From Chloroflexota bacterium (GTDB taxonomy: Bacteria > Chloroflexota > UBA11872): a stretch of DNA of 64,000 bases. The DNA is taken from NCBI GenBank assembly GCA_965263175.1, contig OZ253587.1:2889032-2953031 (forward strand), read 5' to 3'. Both the position numbers and the translations under genes were made by a program. The number at the start of each line of letters is the position of its first letter. Position 1 is the first letter of the stretch. Shown here in pieces: positions 10,322 through 20,879 of this stretch. The notes beneath the pieces were generated by a model. It was given only the letters and a program-made list of their open reading frames with translations, made no database searches and was not told the origin of the DNA.

Positions 10322-10951
10322 TCACCGTGCCCGTCCTCTTTCGACGGCACTCAAACTGACTTCAACAATACAGTATTTCAGATCTTCTTTGATCGTATTC
10401 CATTCTGCGATATAACTGCCTTGGATGCATACTGATTCAAGTTTATTTCCAGTTGGCTTGATAATCTTTCCTGCTATCTTATTATTCGAGCGAAAGTAGG
10501 CGTAAATCCCATCTTTCTTGGTGCCAGAATAGAACAAGTGCTGATCAACCATGACAGCAAAGTATGCTTTCCTAAATCCAGCGCTGACCAGCTGCTCCAA
10601 GAAGGCGATATCTTTACAGAAGCTGTACATCTGTTCAGGATATTGACCATTTCGGGGATACTTTAGTTCAAAGGCGCACGACAATTCACTCTTATCACAG
10701 GAAAAAACGGCTATGTCAATCTCCTTCTTGATGAGATCTGGCTCATTGATGCCAAAGTGTTTTGCATTACGCTCAAATTGCACTTTCTTTTCTGAAAACT
10801 TCTCGCGTAGATAGATTCCCAATTCATGCTGAAAGCTGAACTCGTTATAAACTTCAAAAGCACCATTTCGCACGACATCAAAAAATCCTTCGAGGATAAC
10901 ACCCGCTTCACAGAATCCGTCGACCGATATGAAGCCACCAGATTCACGCAT
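10322..10951 (-). CDS. Hypothetical protein with a PD-(D/E)xK nuclease-like motif
   Basis: EIDIAVFSCDKSELSCAFELKYP matches D-x12-E-L-K. Low-GC gene next to the RM fusion. Confidence 0.5.
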   Translation of the reverse strand: MRESGGFISVDGFCEAGVILEGFFDVVRNGAFEVYNEFSFQHELGIYLREKFSEKKVQFERNAKHFGINEPDLIKKEIDIAVFSCDKSELSCAFELKYPRNGQYPEQMYSFCKDIAFLEQLVSAGFRKAYFAVMVDQHLFYSGTKKDGIYAYFRSNNKIAGKIIKPTGNKLESVCIQGSYIAEWNTIKEDLKYCIVEVSLSAVERGRAR

Positions 10952-11266
10952 AGCTTCTCCTCACATTTCTATACATACGCAGGGTCGGCGACGTGCCCGT
11001 CAAGGCCTTAGGCCGACTTGCCGGTGGCTCGCTTGGAGATTTCGGCGGCTGGCTTGATGCGCTGGGCTTAGACACCGGACAGAGTGTGGCAGGCTAGCCG
11101 ACCCGAATGTAGCCCGCTCCACACCGACCAAGCTGACGAGCTTGCATTCGATTGATGGAGGCGTTGCGGAAGGAGCGGTGAGTAGTGAGTCGTTTTGAGT
11201 TGCGGGGATCCGGGGGGCGGTGGGACATTCCCAGGCTGATATGCTGGTTGCTTACGCGTCAGAGGC

Positions 11267-11710
11267 TTGCCACGATCTCCCCCCCCCCGCTGGCCGCTGG
11301 TTCTCGCCGTCGCCACCCTGTGCATTGCCGCCTGTGGAGATGCCCCACCCAAGCAGCTTACCGTGCAGGCGTATGGCGAATTCTGTGCGGAGTGGCAGGC
11401 TGTCGGTTCCGGTGGGGAGGACAGCGAAGCAACTTGGGGCAACCTCCGCGACACTATCACCGCCAGTATTGAGGCGTACGAGTCCGTGATCCCGCCCGAG
11501 GGTCTAGAGGAGCATCACAAGTTCCGGCTCCGCCTCTACCGTGTCCTGAAGGGCGCTATGGAAACGAAGGACCTCAACGACACGGCCCATGCGGAGGAGC
11601 TGCTCGCTCCGATGATGGTGCTTATGGGTGAGAGCCAGAAGGCCGACGCTTCGCTCTCCGAGGCTGATCGTGCAGTTCTCGTCGCGACGGGCTGCCTGGA
11701 CGACAGCTAG
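11267..11710 (+). CDS. Putative lipoprotein of unknown function
   Basis: Signal peptide with lipobox (LVLAVATLCIAACG). The start region contains a C10 tract. Confidence 0.5.
   Translation: MPRSPPPRWPLVLAVATLCIAACGDAPPKQLTVQAYGEFCAEWQAVGSGGEDSEATWGNLRDTITASIEAYESVIPPEGLEEHHKFRLRLYRVLKGAMETKDLNDTAHAEELLAPMMVLMGESQKADASLSEADRAVLVATGCLDDS
11279..11288 (+). repeat. C10 homopolymeric tract at the 5' end of the lipoprotein gene
   Basis: The sequence is ctcccccccccgctgg. An upstream ATG at 11220 lies in another frame and reads through the tract, so length changes could switch the N-terminus. Confidence 0.6.
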
Positions 11711-12001
11711 CGCCGCCGATCCTTCCTGTGCTTCCCCGTCGCCTGCTGGGCTTGCTTTCGCGGGCCGCGCCGAGGCGGATCAGGCCTGGGCACGGTGATC
11801 GCCGGCGGCCGGACATGTTCGCATGAGGTTCAGTCGCGGTTGACCGGCGGACTCAGCCTACCGCGTGCACCGGTCCTATCGGTGCTACCCGGGCGATAGT
11901 GGGTCACTTTGACATCTGGACGAGGCAAGGCGCCCTGACGCCGGGCCTAAGATGTGCGGTGCAGCCGGACGCGTGCCGGCCCAGCCGCGAGGAAGCTCTG
12001 C

Positions 12002-13342
12002 ATGCTGCGTCTATTGCGAGAACGACTGGAGGCCCGAGTCGCGGCTGGCCGGCCGGTGACGGTTGGGCTGGCTGGGGCGGGGCGGTTTGGCACGAGCATC
12101 ACGGCGCAGATTTCGCAGATCGAGGGGCTGCGGCTGGCGGCGGTGGCCGATCCGAACGCCCGCAACGGGGCGGAGGCGTTGAAAGCGGCCGGCTGGGCGG
12201 CAGAGCAGGTGCGGCGTTGCGAGGGCGCCGCTGAGGTGGGAGCGGCCGTAGCAGCTGGGGCGGCCGTGTTGGCGCCTGACGCCGAGGCGCTGGAGTCGGC
12301 TCCGATTGAAGTGTTCGTGGACGCGACGGGGATCCCGGAGGTGGCGGCGCGGAATGCGTGGGGGGCGCTGCGGCAGGGCCGGCACGTGGTGATGGTGACG
12401 GTTGAAGCGGACGTGAGTTGCGGCTGGGTGCTGGCGCGCGAGGCGCGGCGGCAAGGCGTGGTGTACACGCTGGCGGCCGGTGACCAGCCGGTGGCAATCA
12501 TGGAGCTGTTCGACTGGGCCAAGGCCCTGGGCCTGCAGGTGATCGCGGTCGGACGGGGCACGCGGCGGTACCCGGCGGACCGGCACGGCGACCCGGAGCT
12601 GGCCCTGTCACGGCTGGGCTACGACGTTGAAGCGGCGGAGCGGCTGCGTCTGAACTCGCAGATGTACAACTCGTTCCGGGACGGGACGAAAGCCCAGATC
12701 GAGATGTGCGCGGTGTCGAACATGACGGGGCTACCGCCGGACCGTCGCGGGATGCACGAGCCGTCAGCGGGACTGAACGAGTTGCCCAATCTGTTTGCGC
12801 CCGGTGAAGCCGGCGGTCTGCTGGCACGCGCGGGAGTGGTGGACCTGGCGAATGCCGTTGGGCCGGACGGTGTGACGGCGGTGGCCGAGCACATTGCCGA
12901 CGGGGTGTGGGCGGTTGTGACCTCGGATGACCGGCACGTACGCGAGGACATGCGCATCCACGGAACCCGGGTCTCGCGCGATGACCAGCGCATGGCGCTG
13001 TTTCGCGAATACCACCTGTGCGGGGTCGAGACTCCGCTGAGCATCGCGCAGGCGGCGCTGCTTGGGGCGTCGTCGGGCCTGCCCCTCGAGGCGCCGACTT
13101 CGGAGGTGCTGGCCTACGCCAAGCGCGACCTACAGCCGGGCGACACGCTGGACGGCTCCGGCGGCCGCCTGGTGTACGGGCTGATCGACCGGGCCGAGAC
13201 GTTGCAGGCCGAGGGCGTGCTGCCGCTGGGGCTGGCCTACGGGGCCAGGGTCAGCGAAGCGGTGGCGGCGGATCAGCCGATTCCGGCGGGGTCGGTTGAG
13301 GTTGCGGAAGGGTCGTTTGTGGCGAAGCTGCGAGGCTTGTGA
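12002..13342 (+). CDS. NAD-binding oxidoreductase with C-terminal SAF domain (COG4091, predicted homoserine dehydrogenase-like)
   Basis: N-terminal VGLAGAGRFG Rossmann motif. C-terminal SAF-like region (GDTLDGSGG...VEVAEGSFV). Confidence 0.7.
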   Translation: MLRLLRERLEARVAAGRPVTVGLAGAGRFGTSITAQISQIEGLRLAAVADPNARNGAEALKAAGWAAEQVRRCEGAAEVGAAVAAGAAVLAPDAEALESAPIEVFVDATGIPEVAARNAWGALRQGRHVVMVTVEADVSCGWVLAREARRQGVVYTLAAGDQPVAIMELFDWAKALGLQVIAVGRGTRRYPADRHGDPELALSRLGYDVEAAERLRLNSQMYNSFRDGTKAQIEMCAVSNMTGLPPDRRGMHEPSAGLNELPNLFAPGEAGGLLARAGVVDLANAVGPDGVTAVAEHIADGVWAVVTSDDRHVREDMRIHGTRVSRDDQRMALFREYHLCGVETPLSIAQAALLGASSGLPLEAPTSEVLAYAKRDLQPGDTLDGSGGRLVYGLIDRAETLQAEGVLPLGLAYGARVSEAVAADQPIPAGSVEVAEGSFVAKLRGL

Positions 13343-13463
13343 GCCGCGATTGATGGCCCGTAAGTAGTGAAGATGAAACGTGCGGTCGGGGAAGCCTGAT
13401 CGGACGAACCGAAGTCCGTGACGATTGGGGCCGTCGCAGTGGCTGCCGGAGGTCGTAGCCGGT

Positions 13464-13850
13464 TTAGTCGATGGGTTGGTGAAAGTAGTAGCAGAGGCCG
13501 TCAGGGGCTACGACGAAGAAGACGCGCAGTTGCTTGCCGTTGCGTTCATCCACGCGTGAATCGCCCGGCGAAATGCCGTTGGCTTCGAGTTCGCGTCGCG
13601 CCCGCTCGAGATCGCTGACCAAAATGGCGGCGCCGTCTTGGGTAGCGTCGCCGCCGTTGATGGCGAAGCCGATCTGTACGCCGTCGCGCTGCATGATGAC
13701 CGTTGGAACGGGGCTGTCGCGTCGTTCCACCTCGGTAAGGCCGAGCGCCTGGCCGTACCAACTGGCTGCCTGGTCCAGATCCTCGACTGGTAGCGCCAGG
13801 ACGTTGTCCTGATACGGGAAAGCTGCTTCGAACAGTGGCTGATCGCTCAT
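13464..13850 (-). CDS. VOC-family (glyoxalase/bleomycin-resistance fold) protein
   Basis: 128-aa ORF with the typical two beta-alpha-beta-beta-beta module pattern (GLTEVERRD...VAPDG). Confidence 0.75.
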   Translation of the reverse strand: MSDQPLFEAAFPYQDNVLALPVEDLDQAASWYGQALGLTEVERRDSPVPTVIMQRDGVQIGFAINGGDATQDGAAILVSDLERARRELEANGISPGDSRVDERNGKQLRVFFVVAPDGLCYYFHQPID

Positions 13851-13933
13851 AACGCACTCCGTGCCAGAACTAGCGCCGGGCTTTCCAGATTCTCACGCAA
13901 AAGCCTACAGCCGAGTGGCGTTGCAAGCTGGCG

Positions 13934-14497
13934 TCAGACCTCGTGGTAGCGGAAGCAAGTCACGACATGGTCGTTGACCAGGCCGGCGGCTTGCATGAAG
14001 GCGTAGCAGATGGTGGGGCCGACGAACTTGAAGCCGCGGCGTTTGAGTTCGCGGGTCATGGTGCGGGAGACTTCGGTTTGGGCAGGGAGATCGTCCATCG
14101 ATCGGAAGGCGTTGCGCAGCGGGCGGCTGTCCACGAAGGACCAGACGAGAGCGTCCAGCGAGCCGAGTTCATCGATGGCCCGCAGGGCCGCCCGTGCGTT
14201 GCCGACGGTGGCCTGAATTTTCGCGCGGTTGCGGATGATCCTGGGGTCGGCGCGGCGAGCTTCGACGTCGGCGGGCGTGTAGGCCGCGATTCGCTCCAGG
14301 TCGAATCCGTTGAAGACCTCGCGGTAGCCCTGGCGGCGGTGGAGGACGGTGCGCCAGGACAAGCCGGCTTGGCCGCCTTCCAGGGTCAGTAGTTCGAACA
14401 GGGCGCGGTCGTCGTGGAGAGGCACGCCCCACTCCCGGTCGTGGTAGTCCCGCATGAGCGGGTCGTCGCCGGCCCAGGGGCAGCGTGAGCAGTTCAC
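13934..14497 (-). CDS. tag: DNA-3-methyladenine glycosylase I
   Basis: RCPWAGDDPLMRDYHDREWGVP, TLEGGQAGLSW and FVGPTICYAFMQAAG match the Tag family. Confidence 0.9.
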   Translation of the reverse strand: MNCSRCPWAGDDPLMRDYHDREWGVPLHDDRALFELLTLEGGQAGLSWRTVLHRRQGYREVFNGFDLERIAAYTPADVEARRADPRIIRNRAKIQATVGNARAALRAIDELGSLDALVWSFVDSRPLRNAFRSMDDLPAQTEVSRTMTRELKRRGFKFVGPTICYAFMQAAGLVNDHVVTCFRYHEV

Positions 14498-14671
14498 AAG
14501 GGTTCGCTCAGGTCGCGGGCGTAGCGCACCAGATGGACCAAGCCATGCCAGTCGAAAGTTGCTTCCGTACCGTCGAACGCCGAGTGCGTTCAGCAGTCAC
14601 GCGACTGGCCTTCAAACGTCCGCCGCCCACCGTAGCGGCTGTCTGGGGCACGAGCGTACCTGGGCAGCGGC

Positions 14672-15724
14672 TTACGGTTTCCAGGTTTCGGCGCGGCGCA
14701 GGAAGACTGAGGGGTCGTTGCGCCATTCGGCGTAGCCGATGCGCCGGTCGTCGGTCAGCCAGTTGATTTTGGCGTCGATACAGGCCGCCAGTTCCGCCGC
14801 GTCCGCAGCGAGGGCAAAGCCGCCGTACTCCACCTCGGCGTCCAGCGCCGCGACCTCGAAGGCGCCGACGGAGGCGTGGGCGGCGTCGCGGTTGCCGATT
14901 TCGCCGCGAGCCAGCGCGTCGATGCGACCGTCGCGCAGCGCCTGCAGCAATTCCACTTCCCCGGATTCTTCGCCCAGGTAGACGACCCGCGGCATGTCCG
15001 ATGTCGGAGGGTCCAGGCGCTGGCGACCATCCAGGCTGGGCGACACCCTGGCTGCGGTAATCATGTAGGCGACGCTGCCATCGGCGACGGCTGTACCCGA
15101 CCGTGTGTGTACCCGAGTACCGGCGGCTAACACCCCAGTCGAGTCGATCAGGCCCGTCAATTCCAGCAGGCGAGCTTCGCCCGTGGTGCCGGCGAGCGCA
15201 CCAACTCGTGTCTGGCTGGTCAGGCGGTCGTAGCTGGAGAATCGTTCGGCCTCGCCGGCGCGCGCCAGCAGCGACTGCCGAAACGCGATGTGCCCGGAGG
15301 TGAAACGAACCACCTGCGCGCCGCCGGCGTCACGGGTGCGCGAGTCCAGGATAGTGATGCCGCCACCAACCATATCGATGTCTCCGCCGGCAGGGGTGAG
15401 CCAGATGTCGTCCCAGGGCTGGATGGGGTGACGGGCAAAGGACAGACCGGCACCCTCCATTGCTTCCAGGGCGGTCAGCAGGTCCGCCTCGTACCCGCGA
15501 TGTTCCTGAAACCCGCCGGCGTTCGGGTCGGGGTCGGCGCTGGAGCTGACGGGCGCAAAGAAGGCGTAAAAGCCTACGTTCAGCACCTGCCCGTCGGACG
15601 TACAGACCGCCGACAGCGGTGAATCGGGAGTCGGTTCCCCGCAGGCGGCCAGGCAGCACATTAGCGCGAACGCAACGGTGCCTGCGGTGCGGCGGACGAA
15701 CGCGATCGGGACGGTGTTCAGCAT
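14672..15724 (-). CDS. ABC transporter substrate-binding lipoprotein (family-3 solute-binding protein, amino-acid type)
   Basis: Lipoprotein signal (AFALMCCLAACG) and SBP-3-like periplasmic domains. Start chosen at MLNTVP; the ORF extends to 15874. Confidence 0.7.
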   Translation of the reverse strand: MLNTVPIAFVRRTAGTVAFALMCCLAACGEPTPDSPLSAVCTSDGQVLNVGFYAFFAPVSSSADPDPNAGGFQEHRGYEADLLTALEAMEGAGLSFARHPIQPWDDIWLTPAGGDIDMVGGGITILDSRTRDAGGAQVVRFTSGHIAFRQSLLARAGEAERFSSYDRLTSQTRVGALAGTTGEARLLELTGLIDSTGVLAAGTRVHTRSGTAVADGSVAYMITAARVSPSLDGRQRLDPPTSDMPRVVYLGEESGEVELLQALRDGRIDALARGEIGNRDAAHASVGAFEVAALDAEVEYGGFALAADAAELAACIDAKINWLTDDRRIGYAEWRNDPSVFLRRAETWKP

Positions 15725-16159
15725 GCGGTTCCTTGCGCTCGGTACAGCGTAAACGCCAGAACCCAAAGGGGACGTCCCGATGGTAATACCACTTGCCAGC
15801 CAGTCTGATCTTCGCTTCCTCACGGCGTTCGGAAGGACGGGAGATGGCTGAATGGCTGCGGGCCGGCGGCTCATGGTTGCGCCGGTTCGGGTTCGGGCAC
15901 GTCGTCCAGCCGGCGGGCGTAGCGGACCGCGGGCGCGGACATTGGTTCAGGGTCGTGCAAGTCGAAGTCGCCGTGGCAGTCGAACGTCCAGCCGTTGGCT
16001 GAATGGAACGCGCGCGGCGGGGTTGTCGCGGAAGGTCCAGAGGATCGCCGCTTGGCAGCCCTAGTCTGGCAGTGCCTCAGCCAGCTGCGCCCTGACGGCA
16101 GCAGCCGTGCCGCTGCGAATGTTGCTGACGGGCTGGGGGGTAGTGGGTCACTTTGAGTT

Positions 16160-16610
16160 GTGAGCCGCGAAGACCCCTCACCCCCGGATCGCGTCCGGGG
16201 CAGGCTCTAACCCTCTCCCCCTGGAGAGACCTTTGCGTAACCCGAGGGACTGTTGCCCGGAAGACCCCTCACCCCAACCCTCTCCCACGGGGAGAGGGAG
16301 CAAGAGGCGGCGAAGGGGCGGCGGGTTGCTGCCGATGTGGCGTGGTTGCTGGAGGCAGCAGCCACCCTCATCCCAGCCTTCTCCCTCAAGGGAGAAGGAG
16401 AAAGAGCGGCAGGGTCCATTGGCGTTTGACGTGCCACACAGTTGCTCTCCCCGAGGAGAGACCTTTGCGTAACCCGAGGGACTGTTGCCCGGAAGACCCT
16501 CACCCCAACCCTCTCCCACAGGGAGAGGGGGCAAGAGCGGCCGCACCTTTGCGGACGAGGGGCGTTGGGCAAAGGTCTCAGGAGAGGGGAAGAAGGACGG
16601 GATGACGGGA
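16160..16610. repeat. Cluster of MITE/REP-like palindromic elements, including a long variant with a ~110-bp internal insert
   Basis: Repeated gagacctttgcg...ccctctcccacagggagaggg...gcaaaggtctc units. Confidence 0.85.
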
Positions 16611-16626
16611 AGGGGAATCGGCCGGT

Positions 16627-16833
16627 TCAGGCTTTGACGAGTTCGGTCCAGGCCTGGGGCTGCGGGGTGGGGAGGCCGTCTTGGTGGAGTCCCTCCAGAT
16701 GCAGGGCTATGGCTTCGCGGATCAGCCTGGCGACCTCGGCTTTGGTGGCACCGGTGGCTATGCAGCCAGGCAGGTCCGGCACGTAGGCGGCGTAGTTGTT
16801 GGGTGACTCTTCGAACACGACGGTGTATTGCAC
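16627..16833 (-). CDS. hicB: HicB-family antitoxin (UPF0150); apparently orphaned, lying between MITE clusters
   Basis: YTVVFEESPNNYAAYVPDLPGCIATGATKAEVARLIREAIALHLEG. GTG start with an upstream ggagg. No HicA ORF detected nearby. Confidence 0.75.
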   Translation of the reverse strand: MQYTVVFEESPNNYAAYVPDLPGCIATGATKAEVARLIREAIALHLEGLHQDGLPTPQPQAWTELVKA

Positions 16834-16919
16834 TGCGGGCCTCCTCACCGAAGCTCCGCCTGCTTCAAGATGCTGTGCCACGTGCCGGGGGGAGATCGGG
16901 AAGCGATCGACCGCTCTGC

Positions 16920-17639
16920 CTGCGCTCTCCCCAAGGCGAGGGAAGAAGACGAAGACCCCTCACCCTACCCTCTCTTCCCCAGGGAGAGGGATAAGACGGG
17001 ATGACAGAAAAGGCGAGATCCCTCGGGGGACCTCGGGATGACAAGGGCGGGCGCGGGCGGAAGACGGGCGGGTCTCAGACGCCGCCCCTACGCAAGATTG
17101 GACGAAGACGCGGGGATGGCAGGAAGAAGGAGTGAGCGGAGAGAAGTGAGTAGTGAGAGAGGAGGGAGGGGAGAAGGCGGGATCCCTTGGGGGACCTTGG
17201 GATGACAAGGGCGGGCGCGGGCGGAAGACGGGCGGGTCTCAGACGCCGCCCCTACGCAAGATTGGACGAAGACGGCAGGACTGCTGGAGTGGCTTGCGTG
17301 CTTCGGGATGTGGTTCGACACGGTCAGCCGAAGACGTCTGTCCGGCTCACCACGAACGGAGTGCACCCCCAGGCCAGCTAATAGAGACCTTTGCGGAACC
17401 CGGGGATGGTTGCCCGGAAGACCCTCACCCCAACCCTCTCCCACAGGGAGAGGGAGCAAGAGCGGCCGCACCTTTGCGGACGAAGGGCGTTGGGCAAAGG
17501 TCTCCCAGGAGAGAGACCTTTGCGGAACCCGGGGGCGGTTGCCCGGAAGACCCTCACCCCAACCCTCTCCCACAGGGAGAGGGAGCAAGAGCGGCCGCAC
17601 CTTTGCGGACGAGGGGCGTTGGGCAAAGGTCTCAGGAGA

Positions 17640-17650
<11 letters not shown>
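16920..17650. repeat. MITE/REP-like copies plus two copies of the ~200-bp companion repeat
   Basis: The 200-bp unit (gggatgacaagggcgggcgcgggcggaagacgggcgggtctgagacgccgcccctacgc...ccccaggccagctaatagagacctttgcg) occurs at 17030-17100 (partial) and 17197-17396. Two MITE units occur at 17385-17632. Confidence 0.85.
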
Positions 17651-18848
<1,198 letters not shown>

Positions 18849-19062
18849 TCAAAATGACCCACTACGGGCCGGGGACCTAAGGTTTAGTGCGTTCAACACG
18901 TAATCCACCCATCACGAGGCCGCATGGCAAGATTCATCGAGTTGCCCGATCCAACCGACCATGAGCCGATTCAAGGGCTGGCAGGCTAAGCGAGCGGGCG
19001 CGGAGTCGTATATTCTTTCGGTACTGAACCGTAGATTCGCTCCGCCGGCTTGGAGGCTTGAC

Positions 19063-19875
19063 ATGGCCGTCAGCACGCTCCGCAGGATTACGCAGTCGCA
19101 GGTCGATCACTTCATGCGCAACGGGTTTCTGGTCGTAGAAGATTTGCTGGATTCCGACGAGATCGCGGTCCTGGCGGAACGGGCGGACCTGATCGCGTCG
19201 GGTGAGGCGGATCACATCGTCAAGGGCACGGTGCAACTGGAACAGCCGTTCCGCGAGGGCGAGGCGCCGGTAGACAACCGGGTGATGGCGACGCGGAAGC
19301 TGGCGCACATCGTCCCAGAGGACGAAGTGCTGCGCGCGCACGCCCGCAACCACAAGATCGTGGACGTGATCGCGGACCTGATGGGAACGGACGACATCAC
19401 GCTCTACGGCGATCAGCTGTTCATGAAGCCGCCGCGTCACGGGTCGGCGAAGGAGTGGCACCAGGACTCGGCCTCGTTCAAGAACATCTTCCCGATGGAC
19501 CTGATTTCGGCCTGGGCGGCGATTGACAACGTGACGATCGAGAACGGGTGCCTGTGGATGGTCCCGGGCAGTCACCGCTGGGCAGTCATCCCGCCGACGT
19601 CGCGGCCCACGATCGAAGGTCAGTTCGGCGAGGAGTACCCGACGGTGCCGGTGCCGCTGCGTCCCGGCAGCGTGAGCTTTCACCACAGCCTGACGTACCA
19701 CGCCAGCGGACCGAACGAGACGGACACGCGACGGCGCGGCTACGCCACGCACTACATGCGCTCCAACTCGATCAATGACAAGGAAATCCCAGGCTCGCCG
19801 GCGGTGCAGGGCTACGTGCACGTCCGTGGGAAGCGTATTCCGGGGACAGTGTCGGACGAGGTTTTTGACGTCTAG
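19063..19875 (+). CDS. Phytanoyl-CoA dioxygenase (PhyH)-family Fe(II)/2-oxoglutarate oxygenase
   Basis: WHQD...H facial-triad context (EWHQDSASF ... SFHHSLTYHASGPN). Confidence 0.8.
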   Translation: MAVSTLRRITQSQVDHFMRNGFLVVEDLLDSDEIAVLAERADLIASGEADHIVKGTVQLEQPFREGEAPVDNRVMATRKLAHIVPEDEVLRAHARNHKIVDVIADLMGTDDITLYGDQLFMKPPRHGSAKEWHQDSASFKNIFPMDLISAWAAIDNVTIENGCLWMVPGSHRWAVIPPTSRPTIEGQFGEEYPTVPVPLRPGSVSFHHSLTYHASGPNETDTRRRGYATHYMRSNSINDKEIPGSPAVQGYVHVRGKRIPGTVSDEVFDV

Positions 19876-19924
19876 CCGGAACAGGCTCGCCGCGAAGATG
19901 GTCTGGGCCGCTGCGCAGGTCGTG

Positions 19925-20165
19925 CACGCCCCACATTAGAGACCTTTGCGTAACCCGAGGGCGGTTGCCCGGAAGACCCTCACCCCAACCCTCTCCCACA
20001 GGGAGAGGGAGCAAGAGGCGGCGAAGGGGCGGCGGGTTGCTGCCGATTTGGCGTGGTTGCTGGAGGCAGCAGCCACCCTCATCCCAACCCTATCCCCGAG
20101 GAGAGGGAGCAAGAGCGGCCGCACCTTGGCGGACGAAGGGCGTTGTGCAAAGGTCTCACATTAGG
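19925..20165. repeat. MITE/REP-like element; long variant with internal insert
   Basis: Same ends and the same internal insert as the variant at 16228-16470. Confidence 0.85.
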
Positions 20166-20321
20166 GGACGGTCTTAGCGTGCTCGTTCAAGTGGGGCACG
20201 AGCGTCGTGGCATGGCTTGACGAGAATGGCACCCGGTAGGAGAATGGGCTCAATGAACCGCCCCGTCGGCCTAATGAGGGGTGCCTAATGAACGGGCCCT
20301 CAGCCTAATGTGGGCCCTTCA

Positions 20322-20846
20322 CTATTTATCGGTCCGTTGCCTCTTGACGCTGCCGCGCACGTCATCCAGCGTCATGAATGTATGCGCGGCGTTGACGATG
20401 TCATCCGAAGCGAACGGCCCATAGGAAATCACGGAGACGCGTTTACCGAGATTCCTGAGGTGTTCGAGAACCGGGGCAAAGTCGCCATCGCCTCCGAAAA
20501 AGACGACCTCGTCATACTGGTTGACTTCAGCCAGCATCTTTAGAGTGATTTCAACATCCAGGTTGCACTTGAATCGCCATTCTCCTCGGTCTTTGTCGAA
20601 CTGACGCTTTACCTCTTTGTGGATCACGGTGTATCCGTGGTGCGCGAGTGCGCGTCGGAAGTTTCGCTGCCTTCTCGCGGCACTTACGTTTTCGCCCGAC
20701 GGACTCCCCGTGAAGTAGTAGGCACACCCCTCGTCGCGGCTACTTAGCAGCCAGTCGAGTGTGGCAAAGAAGCTAATGGCCCAACCCTGCCTCTGCTGGG
20801 CGTAGAACATGTTGGCGGCGTCGACGAAAAGGCCAAGGCGGGGCAT
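20322..20846 (-). CDS. NYN-domain (LabA-like, PIN-related) protein
   Basis: GLFVDAANMFY ... VVFFGGDGDFAPVLEHLRNLGKRVSVIS. Lower-GC gene. Confidence 0.8.
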   Translation of the reverse strand: MPRLGLFVDAANMFYAQQRQGWAISFFATLDWLLSSRDEGCAYYFTGSPSGENVSAARRQRNFRRALAHHGYTVIHKEVKRQFDKDRGEWRFKCNLDVEITLKMLAEVNQYDEVVFFGGDGDFAPVLEHLRNLGKRVSVISYGPFASDDIVNAAHTFMTLDDVRGSVKRQRTDK

Positions 20847-20879
20847 GGAGGCCCTCCTGAACCGGGACCGCGGGCCTGA

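Noticed and set aside
16834-16960. Possible HicA remnant in the 5' extension of the hicB ORF (MAQHLEAGGASVRR...)
   Set aside because: The upstream frame (…GRAVDRFPISPRHVAQHLEAGG) shows no HicA dsRBD-like motif. The region is partly MITE-derived.
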